Assembly (NCBI GenBank): GCA_963663165.1
Contig: OY760175.1
Location: 6,080,001-6,144,000, forward strand
Direction: 5' to 3'
Length of the DNA: 64,000 bases
Source: an uncultured Desulfospira sp.
Lineage (GTDB): Bacteria > Desulfobacterota > Desulfobacteria > Desulfobacterales > Desulfobacteraceae
This document shows positions 10,469 to 21,062 of the stretch, in pieces. The position numbers and the translations under genes are program-made. Within the stretch, counting starts at the first letter, position 1, and the number at the start of each line of letters is the position of its first letter. The notes beneath the pieces are model-generated. The model was not told the origin of the DNA, did not search any database, and saw nothing but the letters and a program-made list of their open reading frames with translations.

Positions 10469-11595
10469 AGCCCCAGAGAATAATAAACCACACTGAAAAT
10501 GCCGTCAAATACGGCAATGAGAATAATACACGACACCACCGCCCGGGTGGTGGCGTCCCCGACGGCCGATGCGCCGGTGCCGGTCTGGTATCCCCTGATG
10601 CAGCCGGTGGCGGCAATAAGGATGCCGAAGACAAAGCATTTGACAATGCCGCCCACAAAATCCTGCCAGGTGACAAACCCCGTGACCTGGTTGACATAGG
10701 TGACAAGGGGGTAGCCAAAGGAGAGAATGACCACGGCACCGCCCAGGATCCCCACCAGGTTGGAAAATATGGTCAGCAACGGGGTGACTATTGTTGAGGC
10801 AATGACCCGGGGAACAATGAGAAACCTTACCGGCTCCAGCCCCATGACCGTGAGGGCATCAATTTCCTCGTTGATTTTCATGGTGCCGATTTCAGCGGCA
10901 AAGGCGGATGCGGACCGGCCGGCCAGGACAATGGCGGTCATCAAGGGGCCCAGTTCCCGGACCATGGCAATGCCGATGAGGTTGGCCACATAAATTTCCG
11001 CCCCGAACATTTTCATGGGAATGGCCGCCTGAAAAGCCATGACCAGCCCCACAATAAAGCTGATCAACGCCACAATGGGAAGGGCATCCACCCCGGACCG
11101 CTCCATGACCCGGAACATGTCGGCCCACCGGATCTGCCAGGGATTTTTAAGGCTGGCAAAAAGGGCCCAGGTGATCTGTCCGGTAAAGGTGACAAAGGTG
11201 CGGGTATCCGCGAGAAAATCGGCCAGGGCCTGGCCTTTTCTTTCAATATAGGAAAGAGACGGGGGCAGGCTTTCCTCTTCCGGATGCCCTTTGGCCCGGG
11301 CAAGGTTTAAAACCGCCTCAAATTCCGGCGCAAGTCCCTGGCTCCGGATATCGTTAACCCCATTTTTTTTTGCCTTTTTTTCCAGGTCCAGGATCATCAC
11401 CGCCCCGGCCGTATCAAGGTAGGCCACCTTTTCCAGGTCCCATATCAGTTGGGAAGCCTTGCCGGATTCAAGGGCCTTTTGGGCCTGTTTCCAGACAGCG
11501 GCGCTCCCATGGGCATCCAGGCGTCCTTCAATAGAGACGGTCAACTGGTTTTCGGCTGTCCGGATTTGAAGTTGTGTTGTTTGAGAAGGGTCCAT
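10465..11595 (-). CDS. mlaE: STAS-MlaE ABC permease
   Basis: N-terminal STAS (YLDTAG); RELGPLMTAIVLAGRSASAFAAEIGTMKINEEIDAL. Confidence 0.88.
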   Translation of the reverse strand: MDPSQTTQLQIRTAENQLTVSIEGRLDAHGSAAVWKQAQKALESGKASQLIWDLEKVAYLDTAGAVMILDLEKKAKKNGVNDIRSQGLAPEFEAVLNLARAKGHPEEESLPPSLSYIERKGQALADFLADTRTFVTFTGQITWALFASLKNPWQIRWADMFRVMERSGVDALPIVALISFIVGLVMAFQAAIPMKMFGAEIYVANLIGIAMVRELGPLMTAIVLAGRSASAFAAEIGTMKINEEIDALTVMGLEPVRFLIVPRVIASTIVTPLLTIFSNLVGILGGAVVILSFGYPLVTYVNQVTGFVTWQDFVGGIVKCFVFGILIAATGCIRGYQTGTGASAVGDATTRAVVSCIILIAVFDGIFSVVYYSLGL

Positions 11596-11801
11596 TATAT
11601 ATTTTTTTTAAGCCGCCATTGCGTTGTTTTATAGTTATTAAGGTAAGCATAGCAGAAGGATGGAATCAATACAAATTATCATGGTAAGCGTGCCTGGCTT
11701 ACATAAAGGTCGAAGCCAAATTTGAATGGATAATAAAAAAGGAAACCGGAGAAAAGGAGACGGGAGACCGAAACCGTCAAGTTCCCTGGTTTGAGCGGTA
11801 G

Positions 11802-11854
11802 GGTTGGAGCGGGCCATGCCCGCGATTCGATCGCGGGCATGGCCCGCTCCAACC
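11802..11854. repeat. REP-like perfect palindrome, copy 2
   Basis: GGTTGGAGCGGGCCATGCCCGCGAT-tcg-ATCGCGGGCATGGCCCGCTCCAACC. Confidence 0.85.
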
Positions 11855-11994
11855 TTGCATAGACCAAAAATGGAACGATAGCTGCCGGATGCCGGGTTCC
11901 CCTGGAGGAGCGTATCCGGTCTGCGGTCTCCTTTCCTCCGGTCTCCCTGCGTTTTATTGGAGACAACCCATATTCACAGAATTAACAGGCCAAT

Positions 11995-12531
11995 TTAAGG
12001 CCTGCCGTGGGCAGCAACAACCGCCTTGAGCCGTTTGATCTTGGGCTGGATGTGGAATGCTTCGGGGATTTGTTCCTGATATATTTCTAACACGGCCAGG
12101 GCTTTTGCTGCCGTAGAAACAGCCGGTCCTGTCCGGCCATAGGCCAATAATTCAAAGGTGCCGGCGGTCCGGATCAGGGCCTGGCGAAGGTCCCTGTCCC
12201 GGCCATGAAGTCCTGCAAATCCCTGTTCAAGCCATTCATGGCATTCAAAAAACAACCCTTCATCCCAGAGCAGGCCGGCTATGGGGTAAAGGTCTTTTGA
12301 GAAATATTTTTTTGATTTCATCATTCCCATGACCGCCTCATACCGGGACAGCCGGTCCCGGATATAGGCGGTGACGGATGGGGACAGGGGCGCGGTGTCA
12401 ATATCGGCTGCCATGGCCGTGACAGCATCAGGGGATTGCCTGGCAATGGCCTTGAGCAGGGCGCTGCCCAGGTGGTTTCTGACATCCCGGCACGCCCGGC
12501 TTTCAAATGGATTGAAGTTTACGTCTGCCAT
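11995..12531 (-). CDS. DUF309-domain protein
   Basis: LLWDEGLFFECHEWLE..QALI motif. Confidence 0.75.
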   Translation of the reverse strand: MADVNFNPFESRACRDVRNHLGSALLKAIARQSPDAVTAMAADIDTAPLSPSVTAYIRDRLSRYEAVMGMMKSKKYFSKDLYPIAGLLWDEGLFFECHEWLEQGFAGLHGRDRDLRQALIRTAGTFELLAYGRTGPAVSTAAKALAVLEIYQEQIPEAFHIQPKIKRLKAVVAAHGRP

Positions 12532-12548
12532 ACCGGTTTAAACCAAAG

Positions 12549-13433
12549 CTAAAGGTGATTGGTTTTGGCAATAATATCCCAGGCCTCCTGGGCATGGTTT
12601 ACAAATTGGAACAGTTCCAGGTCTTTGGGGGAAATGGTCCCCTGTTCTACCAGAAAATCAAAGTTAATCAGGGTGTTCCAGAAATTTTCACCAAACAGGA
12701 TCACCGGAATGGGCTTGATGGTCCGGGTCTGGATCAGGGTTAAGGCCTCAAACAGTTCATCCAGGGTTCCAAACCCGCCGGGAAATGCCACCAGGGCCTT
12801 GGCCCGCATGAGAAAGTGCATTTTTCTGATGGCAAAATAATGAAACTGGAAACACAGCTCCGGGGTGATCCAGGGGTTCGGGGCCTGCTCAAATGGAAGG
12901 ACAATGTTCAGGCCGATGCTTTTGGCCCCCACATCGGCTGCCCCTCGGTTGGCCGCCCCCATGATCCCCTCTCCGCCGCCGGTCATGACCACATGTTTGA
13001 GTTTTTCCGTATTCTGGGAAATCAGCCGGCCCAAGGTCCTGGCCTCGGCATAGTAGACGCTGTTGTCAACGGCCCTCTCAGCGGCAGCTACCGCCTGGTC
13101 AAGGCCCGGTTTGTCCGGATGGCTTTTTTGTTCTTTTTTAAGATCCGCCAAATTCTGTCGGGCGGTTTCCGGGTCCGGGATCCGGGCACTGCCGAAAATG
13201 ACAATGGTGGATTCAATACCGTGCCGGGTCATTTCCAGCTCCGGCTTGACCATCTCAAGCTGGAGCCTTACCGGGCGCAGCTCGTCTTTGAGCAGCAGGT
13301 CCGTGTCCTGAAACGCCACCCTATAGGATGGGGACTGGCACTGGGGGGATTCCACATGGAGTCCGGCGGATTTTGCGCCGTCTCCGGCCGTGGGCAACGG
13401 GGTAAAATGGTTAAAGGGTTCTTCAGATTTCAT
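12549..13433 (-). CDS. LOG family (Rossmann-fold) nucleotide phosphoribohydrolase-like protein
   Basis: FGSAR, TGGGEGIMGAANRGA, RKMHF, PGGFGTLDE. Confidence 0.9.
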   Translation of the reverse strand: MKSEEPFNHFTPLPTAGDGAKSAGLHVESPQCQSPSYRVAFQDTDLLLKDELRPVRLQLEMVKPELEMTRHGIESTIVIFGSARIPDPETARQNLADLKKEQKSHPDKPGLDQAVAAAERAVDNSVYYAEARTLGRLISQNTEKLKHVVMTGGGEGIMGAANRGAADVGAKSIGLNIVLPFEQAPNPWITPELCFQFHYFAIRKMHFLMRAKALVAFPGGFGTLDELFEALTLIQTRTIKPIPVILFGENFWNTLINFDFLVEQGTISPKDLELFQFVNHAQEAWDIIAKTNHL

Positions 13434-13565
13434 TTTATTTCCATTCTGGCGGATTACCGCGTTTGATTTAGGGGATGATCAGGCTGAAGGGGGGGGGTAG
13501 GCTGAAGGCCGAAGGGTTTTTAATTCCGCTCACCTAACAGCCTTTGGCCTTCAGCCTTTAGTCTT

Positions 13566-15143
13566 TTAAACCGAGACCGTTTCCCCGGTTTGGGGAACAA
13601 AGGCCTTATATCCTGATTTATTCAGGTGATCGGCAAAGGCAAGGGCGCTGTCTTCCTCGCCGTGGACCACGGCTATTTTTTTTATGTTTAAATTAGAGTC
13701 ATTTAAAAAATGCATCATTTCGTTCTGGTCGGCATGGGCTGAGAACCCCCCAAGCTTAACCACACGGGCCTTTAGCGGATATTCTTTTCCCAGGATCTTA
13801 ATGACGGGGGGCTGTCCTTTCCGGTTGTTTTCCATGTATTTTTCCCCTAAGTTCAGAATTTTCCGGCCCAGGGTGTGTTCGGCCATGTAGCCGACAATCA
13901 GAACCGTGTTGTTGGGGTTATGGACCCGGTACCTTAAGTGATGAAGGATCCGGCCGACTTCACACATGCCTGAAGCTGAGATGACGATATGGGACTTTTC
14001 TTCGCGCATGAGCCGCATGGACTCGTCCACGGATGAGACAAAATGAACCTTGTCAAACATAAAGGGATTCTTGCCTTTTTCAAGAAAAGTTTCGTGGGTG
14101 TCTTTGTCATAATTTTCCGGGTGCTCCCCAAATACCTTTGTGATGGCTGTGGCCAGGGGACTGTCCACATAAACCGGCACCTTGGGCACCTCCCCGTTCA
14201 TGAACAATTCGTGGATCACGTAGAGCAGTTCCTGGGCCCGGCCGAAAGCAAAAGACGGGATCACCACGGTGCCGCCCCGCTCAAAGGTGGTGTTCAGTTC
14301 CTGTTTGAGCCTTAAATGAAGGTCCCCTGCACTTTCATGGGTCCGGTTTCCATAGGTGCTTTCCATGATCAGCAAATCTACATTCCGGTCCTCGGACGGA
14401 AAATCAAGGGTGGGGTCCCTTAAGATGGGTTTTCCGAATCGGCCGATATCCCCGGTATAGCAGATGGTGGTTGTTTTATCCCCTTTTTTGTGTTTGAGTA
14501 TGCTCATGGCCGATCCTAAAATATGGCCGGCATCGTACAGGGTAAGGGTCATGTCTTTGCCGATGGTGACTTCGTTTTTGTAGGGAATCCCTTCAAAGCA
14601 GCTTAAGGCGGCCGTGGCGTCTTCCGATGAATAGAGGGCCTGGGCCTTTTCCAGGCCAAATTTGTTGATGAATTCAAAAATGGTGTCCCTGTTCAGCTTG
14701 TTCTTCCCGCTTTTGAGCAGTTTGGTGGCCTGGCCTGAACTGATGCTGTTGGCAGCACCTTTGGCCTTTCCCTGTTCAATTTTGGACAACAGGTTCCGGA
14801 CATTTTTATAGTTGAGGTAATCGGCATCGGATTCCTGAATATGGGCTGAGTCGGGCAGAAGATACTCGCAGGCCCCGTGGGTGGCCCGGGTGGTGAAGAT
14901 CCGGCCGGTAAAATTGTTTCTCACCAGCAGCGGAAGCCTTCCTGAATGGTCAATATGGGCATGGGACAGGACCACATTGGTCAGGATTTTGGGATTAAAG
15001 GGAAGAACCCTGTTTTTTTCAGCCGCCTCTTTGCGCCGGCCCTGAAACAGGCCGCAATCAAAAAGAATTTTGTCTGAAGCGGTCCCGACCATGTGCATGG
15101 AACCGGTTACCTCTCTGGTCGCGCCGTAAAATGTTGCCAGCAT
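13566..15143 (-). CDS. MBL-fold beta-CASP ribonuclease
   Basis: SHAHIDHSG, AGHILGS, GDIG, MESTYG, SAHAD, VHGE; start ATG 15143 after GGAG. Confidence 0.9.
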   Translation of the reverse strand: MLATFYGATREVTGSMHMVGTASDKILFDCGLFQGRRKEAAEKNRVLPFNPKILTNVVLSHAHIDHSGRLPLLVRNNFTGRIFTTRATHGACEYLLPDSAHIQESDADYLNYKNVRNLLSKIEQGKAKGAANSISSGQATKLLKSGKNKLNRDTIFEFINKFGLEKAQALYSSEDATAALSCFEGIPYKNEVTIGKDMTLTLYDAGHILGSAMSILKHKKGDKTTTICYTGDIGRFGKPILRDPTLDFPSEDRNVDLLIMESTYGNRTHESAGDLHLRLKQELNTTFERGGTVVIPSFAFGRAQELLYVIHELFMNGEVPKVPVYVDSPLATAITKVFGEHPENYDKDTHETFLEKGKNPFMFDKVHFVSSVDESMRLMREEKSHIVISASGMCEVGRILHHLRYRVHNPNNTVLIVGYMAEHTLGRKILNLGEKYMENNRKGQPPVIKILGKEYPLKARVVKLGGFSAHADQNEMMHFLNDSNLNIKKIAVVHGEEDSALAFADHLNKSGYKAFVPQTGETVSV

Positions 15144-15355
15144 GTGTGTCTCCTTAATGCAGATCAATGTTCCTGAACTCATATCATAACCGGGATGCCA
15201 GAGACAAGAAACAAGTGGGGAGAAGGGGAGACCGGAGGCCGGAGACGGGGAGAACGGCAGTAAAAGTTGAAGGGATTGACATGGGATATGCCCATGTGTA
15301 TTAGAGATTCTTTTGCCTGAAGGTTTCAGGCCCGAATATGAAAAAGAGGTGCAAA

Positions 15356-15862
15356 GTGAAAACAAACCTTACACTGATCGGGATGCCCGGGGCCGGTAAA
15401 AGCACGGTGGGTATCATCCTGGCCAAAAATATGGGGCTGTCCTTTCTGGACACGGATATCCTGATCCAGATCAACCAGCAGAAAACCCTTCAGGACATCC
15501 TTGACCAGACCGGCCATATGAATTTAAGGGCTGTGGAAGAACAGGAAATTCTAAAAATCAATATTGACCACCATGTGATTTCAACGGGCGGCAGTGTGGC
15601 CTACAGCGAAAAAGCCATGACCCATTTGAAAGGCCTTTCTACCGTCATCCACCTGAATGCGGCTTTTGAGGTCATTAAAGACCGGATCAATAATTTTGAT
15701 ACCCGGGGGATTGCCAAGGCCGAAACCCAGACCTTTGAGCAATTGTACCGGGAACGGCAGCAGCTTTACCGGAAATATGCAGACCTGGTCATAGATACCG
15801 ACGGCATCACCCAGGACGAAGTGTCGTTTCAGATTCAAACGGCGTTGGGGGAAAGGGGATAA
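15356..15862 (+). CDS. aroK: Shikimate kinase
   Basis: LIGMPGAGKST, DTD, STGGS, RQQLY; GTG start after AGAGGT. Confidence 0.8.
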   Translation: MKTNLTLIGMPGAGKSTVGIILAKNMGLSFLDTDILIQINQQKTLQDILDQTGHMNLRAVEEQEILKINIDHHVISTGGSVAYSEKAMTHLKGLSTVIHLNAAFEVIKDRINNFDTRGIAKAETQTFEQLYRERQQLYRKYADLVIDTDGITQDEVSFQIQTALGERG

Positions 15863-16002
15863 AAAACGCAGGCCGGAGGAAGGGAGACGGGAGACCGGAT
15901 CCCTATTCCCACCCCTTTTTCCGGATGTGGTCCGCCAGGTGGTCTATAAAAAGCGTGGTGGTGTCATTGTCATGCAACAGCAATATGTGCCCGGGGGAGC
16001 GG

Positions 16003-17571
16003 CTAAAAAGGAAGCTTGGCCCGGATCTGCCTGAAGAAAATCGTGGTTTCTTCGATTTTCATCAGCTTTCCGGCCAGGGGCAGAAGACCTAAGAACAGGA
16101 TGCCGCAAAGCAGGCAGACACCAAGTGCCTTGACAGTGGAATCCGGGTGGATCACCCGGATCAGACCCTGGTGGGCAACGAAAAGAATCGCCCCCGTCCC
16201 AAGGCTTAGGCCCGCCATTTTCATGAAAAACAGATAAACGTCTGCCTTGCCCGTATTGTTTATTTTCCGGCTTAGGCACTCATACAGGACCAGGCAGTTT
16301 AAAACAGCGGACAGGCTCAGCCCCAAAGCGATTCCCGTAACCCCCATGAGTTTCATCAATGCATAAATCAGGGGCAGGGCCGCACCCACGCACAGGGTGG
16401 AAAAAATGGCCGGAAACAGGGTGTTCTGCATGGCGTAATATCCCCTTGCCACAATGGTCTGGCCGCAAAAGGCAAAGGTGCCGGCAAGGAAAAAAACCAG
16501 AACCCCGGCGGTGACCAGGGCGGCATGGGCGTCAAACTGCCCTCTCTGGAATAAAACCTGGACGATTTCCTGGCGCAGGATCATGAACAGCACGGAAAAG
16601 GGAATGGACAAAAAGATAAATTTCAAGGCCTGGTTGATAATCTGGTTCAACCGGGCCAGATCCCCCTTGGCCGCGATCTTGGCCATGAACGGATAAGAGG
16701 CAGTCCCCACGGCCTGGCCGAAAAACCCTACCAGGATGAACAGGATCCGGACGGCGTAATTCATGGCGGCAATGCTGCCCTCATCCAGAAAGGATCCAAA
16801 AAATTTGAGCAGGATCTCCGTGGAAAAGGTCATGGTCAGCCCGAGCATCAGGGGAAGGGTGAGCAGAATATAGGTTTTAAGGTCCGGGTGGCGAAAATCA
16901 AAACAGAAGAAATACGTTAAGCCGTTTTTTTTGGCACCTATCCACTGAATTAAAAAATTTCCCAGAAAGGCACCGCACAGGACCCCCCAGGCAAAGCCTT
17001 CCATGCCGATATACGGGGAAAGAAAAATGCCCCCAGAAATGATGCCGATATTGTAGATCAGGGGGGCCAGGGCCGGAATGAAAAATTTTTCCCTGGTAAA
17101 CTGCACGGCCATGAACAGCCCGCCGCAAAAAAAGAAAAACTGGGCCGGGATAATGATCCGTGTCATCTTTACGGCCAGCCGGAAGGTCTCGGGATCCTTG
17201 ATGCCCGGTGCCAGGAGCTTGATCAAATCCGGGGCAAAAATCATGGTGATGATGATAAAGCTTAGCAACAGCCCCCCGAAACCGTTGAGGATGATGGAAA
17301 AGACCTTGAAGCCTTCATCTTCCTGACCCTTGGAGATATACCGGGCAAAAATGGGGATAAAGGTGATGGATAAAAACCCGCCGGCAGAAATATGATTGAG
17401 AATTTCCGGGATCACAAAGGCAATCTGGTAGGCGTCCACCGGCGCTTTGGCCCCGCCGTAAAAGGCAATGGCCGCTTCCCGGCCAAGCCCGATGACACGG
17501 GATGCGGCCACGGATGCCATCATGATAAAAGAGGCAAACCCGATTTTTTTTATGGTGCTGGTGTCAGGCAT
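16003..17571 (-). CDS. murJ: Lipid II flippase MurJ
   Basis: SRVIGLGRE, DAYQIAFVIPE, FIPIF, many TM segments, RGYYA. Confidence 0.9.
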   Translation of the reverse strand: MPDTSTIKKIGFASFIMMASVAASRVIGLGREAAIAFYGGAKAPVDAYQIAFVIPEILNHISAGGFLSITFIPIFARYISKGQEDEGFKVFSIILNGFGGLLLSFIIITMIFAPDLIKLLAPGIKDPETFRLAVKMTRIIIPAQFFFFCGGLFMAVQFTREKFFIPALAPLIYNIGIISGGIFLSPYIGMEGFAWGVLCGAFLGNFLIQWIGAKKNGLTYFFCFDFRHPDLKTYILLTLPLMLGLTMTFSTEILLKFFGSFLDEGSIAAMNYAVRILFILVGFFGQAVGTASYPFMAKIAAKGDLARLNQIINQALKFIFLSIPFSVLFMILRQEIVQVLFQRGQFDAHAALVTAGVLVFFLAGTFAFCGQTIVARGYYAMQNTLFPAIFSTLCVGAALPLIYALMKLMGVTGIALGLSLSAVLNCLVLYECLSRKINNTGKADVYLFFMKMAGLSLGTGAILFVAHQGLIRVIHPDSTVKALGVCLLCGILFLGLLPLAGKLMKIEETTIFFRQIRAKLPF

Positions 17572-17904
17572 GTTCGGCTTTTGGCAGTTAGCGGTTACCG
17601 GTTAGCGGTCAAAAAAAGCTGAAGACTAACCGCTGATAATGATACTCGCCCGGAGTATGGCCTTGAAATAAGGTTTTGTCAATCTGCAGGGACACCAAAC
17701 AGTGCTGACGCATGAATAAAAAAAGGTTGGCTTTAGTCGATCTAACCACTCCCTTTGGGGGGAGATCCAGCCTTTTTTAATTCAAAAAGGCAGTCCTTCA
17801 GACACTGACTATGGCCGAAACGAAAGACGGTCCTTCGGTCCGAACATAGCGTTCCCACCTCTCTGCTTGGGAGAGTGTTTTCGATTACCCGTCCGTCGTT
17901 GCCG

Positions 17905-19431
17905 TCATACTAATCGGAGTTGAAAGGGAGTGGACAGACGATCTTCCAGCCACATGTAATCCAGCCACGGGCCGGACATGGTATCCCGGACTAAACGAAT
18001 CAGGCCCCGTGCGCCGGTATCTTCAATAATCCTGGCAAGCCGCTGCGAGTATCTGGCCAAAACGTTAAACATATGGCCCAGGCGCATCAAGGCATGATAC
18101 CCCTTCATGACGTTCCAATCATACGAAAAACAGTGCTCGTACTCATATCCATGATGTTTCTCAACGAGAATACCGGTTTCAATACACCAACGGGAACGGG
18201 CGGCTATGTTGCATCGTTCGTGAAGATTAAATCTGTCCAAAGGTTCGCTGGACAACCACACATGACGACTATTTTTCTTTTCCGGTTGACCGCTTTCCCG
18301 GCTAACCTCTTTCCAGCTCTCTTTGCATTCAACAACGTGCAGGATTTGACTTTTCTTGCCGTTCGGACCAAACCGGTAGTCAATGGCGTTGATCCACCGA
18401 AAAACCTGTTTCCTATTGCCCCATGTGTGTTGGTGGCAGTTTTCTGTATCGAGTGCGGCAAGCGTTTCAAATTCATTCATTACGCTGGGTAGAGCGTCAT
18501 CTTTCAGTACAATCATGAACTGCCATTTGTTTGTTCGGCAAATTTCTGCCACGGGGCCCTTGGCATAAAGCCCATCCAAAAGCACCATAATTTTTAGGGC
18601 GGGAAATGCCGCCTTCAGGCAAGAGGCTAACCGGTAAAACGCCTTGAGTTCGCAGTCCTGCTTATCATTAGCGGTATCTCCTTCGGTGTAGCTCAGGATT
18701 TCGCTTATCAGCGGAATGCTCATGCCATCGGAAAACGCAAGATTAGCTTCCAGAACATAGACATGATACTGTTTCCTGGTGCCATCCTCTTTCTTGATGT
18801 TACGTTCCAGGCACTCTTCATCCCAAAGCCAGTCGCGTTTGAATTTACCGGTACCATCTATGGCAATCGGATAACAGCCATTGACCAGGTACCGTCGAAA
18901 TTTCTTTTTCCGGATCAGATCTCTGACCAGATCGAGATGAAGCTTCTTGATTTGATTGATATCAATCTTAGACAATAGGCGTTTTAACGTATCATGATGG
19001 GGAAGCGTTTCAAGCTCCGGGAAAAAATATTGAAGATTCTTCCAGAACATCGGCCGGCTCATTTCTTTGTTGGCCTCACGGCAAGAAGCCATCTGAAACA
19101 CAAAGGTCAGTATCCCATAGATCATGAGTGTGGATATTTGGTGTTTTATCTTCTTAGGGTTTCGAGGGTCTTCAATCTTGGCCATACGTTTGAGCAGAAT
19201 TGGCAGCTTAGCGCGAAAAATACTCATTTTCTCAGCCACGGCCTCATTGCGGATGCGCCCCTCCTGTTCTACACTTTCATATCGGCATTTGCAGTTAGAA
19301 ATTGTGCCATGAGAGGGCGGCTGAAATCCCCTGGCCTCTTCATCCCGACGTAATTTTCTCTGCTCCTTTTTAAACTGCTTTCTTTTGGCCTTTATCTCCT
19401 CACGATTGGGGCGTCGGCTAGGCTTGCTCAT
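17905..19431 (-). CDS. DDE transposase with ISAs1-like N-terminal domain
   Basis: IEDPR..KH..L, IAIDGT, KQDCE, LDGLY, RSRWCIE..K; exact family uncertain. Confidence 0.85.
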   Translation of the reverse strand: MSKPSRRPNREEIKAKRKQFKKEQRKLRRDEEARGFQPPSHGTISNCKCRYESVEQEGRIRNEAVAEKMSIFRAKLPILLKRMAKIEDPRNPKKIKHQISTLMIYGILTFVFQMASCREANKEMSRPMFWKNLQYFFPELETLPHHDTLKRLLSKIDINQIKKLHLDLVRDLIRKKKFRRYLVNGCYPIAIDGTGKFKRDWLWDEECLERNIKKEDGTRKQYHVYVLEANLAFSDGMSIPLISEILSYTEGDTANDKQDCELKAFYRLASCLKAAFPALKIMVLLDGLYAKGPVAEICRTNKWQFMIVLKDDALPSVMNEFETLAALDTENCHQHTWGNRKQVFRWINAIDYRFGPNGKKSQILHVVECKESWKEVSRESGQPEKKNSRHVWLSSEPLDRFNLHERCNIAARSRWCIETGILVEKHHGYEYEHCFSYDWNVMKGYHALMRLGHMFNVLARYSQRLARIIEDTGARGLIRLVRDTMSGPWLDYMWLEDRLSTPFQLRLV

Positions 19432-20303
19432 CCGATCTGCCTCAAAACCTGACGGAAATTATTCACCAGCGGATAAACGAAGATTTTTTTGGGACTGGTC
19501 CTGTAACTTCTACCCTGCCGGACAAGCCCCTTTCCGCTGGTCATGCCAAGGTGTCTAAAATTGGCCGCCCGATAGCACGTCCCATCGAAGTGTTGTGGGT
19601 CGACAAAGGTCTCCAGCAAAGCCGGCCGATACCCCCAGCTCCGCTCCCAGTCTTGCACCAGATCTCTGACAATTTTACCCAATACGTGACTTGCCAGATA
19701 CCGGACCTTGACCCACGGAAAAATCAGGAAGCGTCCATTGTTTACAACAAATCCCAAGTTTCTTAAGCGTTCGTTGGTGCTCCAGCCGATCCATCGATCC
19801 CTCGGGGTCAGCGCCTTGGCCGCCCCTGAGAACAGCATACATCCCAATATGCGCTCTTGAGCTTGTATCAAATAACGCAGATGACATCCGAACGGCCGCT
19901 TGTAGCCAAGATAATGGTAACGGTGCAGGTATTCATTAACCAGTGAGCGTTCTTCCGTGTCTTGTGCGACCCTGACAACGATCGGCCCGATATCCGAAAG
20001 CGTGCCCGCTACCTTATCTTGGGGCTGGGTCCTGTCGTCCGCTACCGGCAGTTTCTGTTGAGAGCCCTTTATGGGACCGAGTTTCTCTTTTTCAGGCAAC
20101 CGTATGAGACCTTGGGACTCCAGTCGCAGAAGCAATTTCCGGCAGGCATCCACCTTGTTCCTACCAGAAGCGGTATACCAGCCCAAATGTTCGCATATTG
20201 TATGAGCCAGTTCAGTCTGACTCAAATTCGAAAAGGTCTCTACTGTCTCGCAAATCTGTATAAGCTCTTCGTCTTTAATTTTCCGGCCACATTGGACAAT
20301 CAC
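19428..20303 (-). CDS. DUF4338 / DruA-like protein (IS passenger)
   Basis: RYHYLGY, LRYL, RDRWIGW, VVNNGRFLIFPW, LASHVL, LETFVD, GTCYRAANF; 4-bp overlap with transposase start. Confidence 0.88.
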   Translation of the reverse strand: MIVQCGRKIKDEELIQICETVETFSNLSQTELAHTICEHLGWYTASGRNKVDACRKLLLRLESQGLIRLPEKEKLGPIKGSQQKLPVADDRTQPQDKVAGTLSDIGPIVVRVAQDTEERSLVNEYLHRYHYLGYKRPFGCHLRYLIQAQERILGCMLFSGAAKALTPRDRWIGWSTNERLRNLGFVVNNGRFLIFPWVKVRYLASHVLGKIVRDLVQDWERSWGYRPALLETFVDPQHFDGTCYRAANFRHLGMTSGKGLVRQGRSYRTSPKKIFVYPLVNNFRQVLRQIG

Positions 20304-20508
20304 GACATCCTCCTCTTCAAATGTAGTGTCTCGATTGGGGGGGCGCTCATTCGTACCCTATGCTACATTATCAAAAGGCCGAAATTTTGTCTATTTAAAT
20401 TTTGCGACAAAATAATTTTGGATATCGAGCTGCGTCATTGATATCATTGACTATAAATTTTCATGCGTCAGCACTGGACACCAAACAAGGCCAATGCGTG
20501 TAAAAAAC

Positions 20509-20604
20509 TAGTGTCTGAACGAAACCCCGTGTTTGGGCGAAAAGTTGCCCAGATGCAAATTTTTCTGCAACCCAGCAGATGGGTGACTTTTCGTTCAAAC
20601 ACGA
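20509..20604. mobile_element. MITE-like element
   Basis: Imperfect TIR TAGTGTCTGAACGAAA / TTTCGTTCAAACACGA; related longer copy at ~63397-63530. Confidence 0.6.
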
Positions 20605-20605
20605 A

Positions 20606-20918
20606 CTAACGGCCACGGGCCGCCTTGGTTATCCAACCAAGCACCGCCCACAACGAAAAATGAAAGTCTTTTCAGCTTGTTAGTGAGACTTTCTTATAAA
20701 TGGCCACGGGCCGCAAGCCCACAACGAATAATGAAACTGAAGATACCAGCAACGGTAGGCTATAAATTGGGCACCGCAGGTGCTTCGCCCTCTTGTCTCT
20801 TGTTTCTTGTCTCCAGTATCTTATAAACGGCCACGGGCCGCTTTGGTTATCCAACCAAGAGCCGCCCACAACAAATATTGAAAGTCTTCTCAGGACGTTA
20901 GGGAGACTTTCATGTAAA
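20606..20918 (+). repeat. Three tandem units of a (T/A)AA(C/T)GGCCACGGGCCG hairpin repeat family
   Basis: Units start ~20606, ~20698, ~20824; units 1 and 3 contain TTGGTTATCCAACCAAG and GAAAGTCT..AGACTTTC hairpins. Confidence 0.8.
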
Positions 20919-21062
20919 CGATATCCGTCTGCCACGGTTTCCGTTCTTCCGGTCTCCCTTTTCCCTTAATTTGCCTATTTTCCTTGACTTGCCGGACGCT
21001 TCTGATTAAAAGAGTTGTCGATAACTTTTTTTTTATAAAAATAAAAATAAGTCGAGGTAAAA

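Larger units (their letters stand above)
17700..20476 (-). mobile_element. Complete IS (2777 bp): DUF4338 gene + DDE transposase
   Basis: 17-bp perfect TIR CAGTGCTGACGCATGAA; 9-bp TSD GACACCAAA at 17691-17699 and 20477-20485 (11 bp if the terminal C/G is assigned to the target). Confidence 0.9.

Noticed and set aside
20606..20918. CRISPR array
   Set aside because: Only three unequal units; the intervening sequences are themselves repeated hairpins; no cas genes in the window.
20672..20935. Similar small ORFs at 20672-20935 and 54969-55367
   Set aside because: Similarity comes from the shared non-coding repeat.
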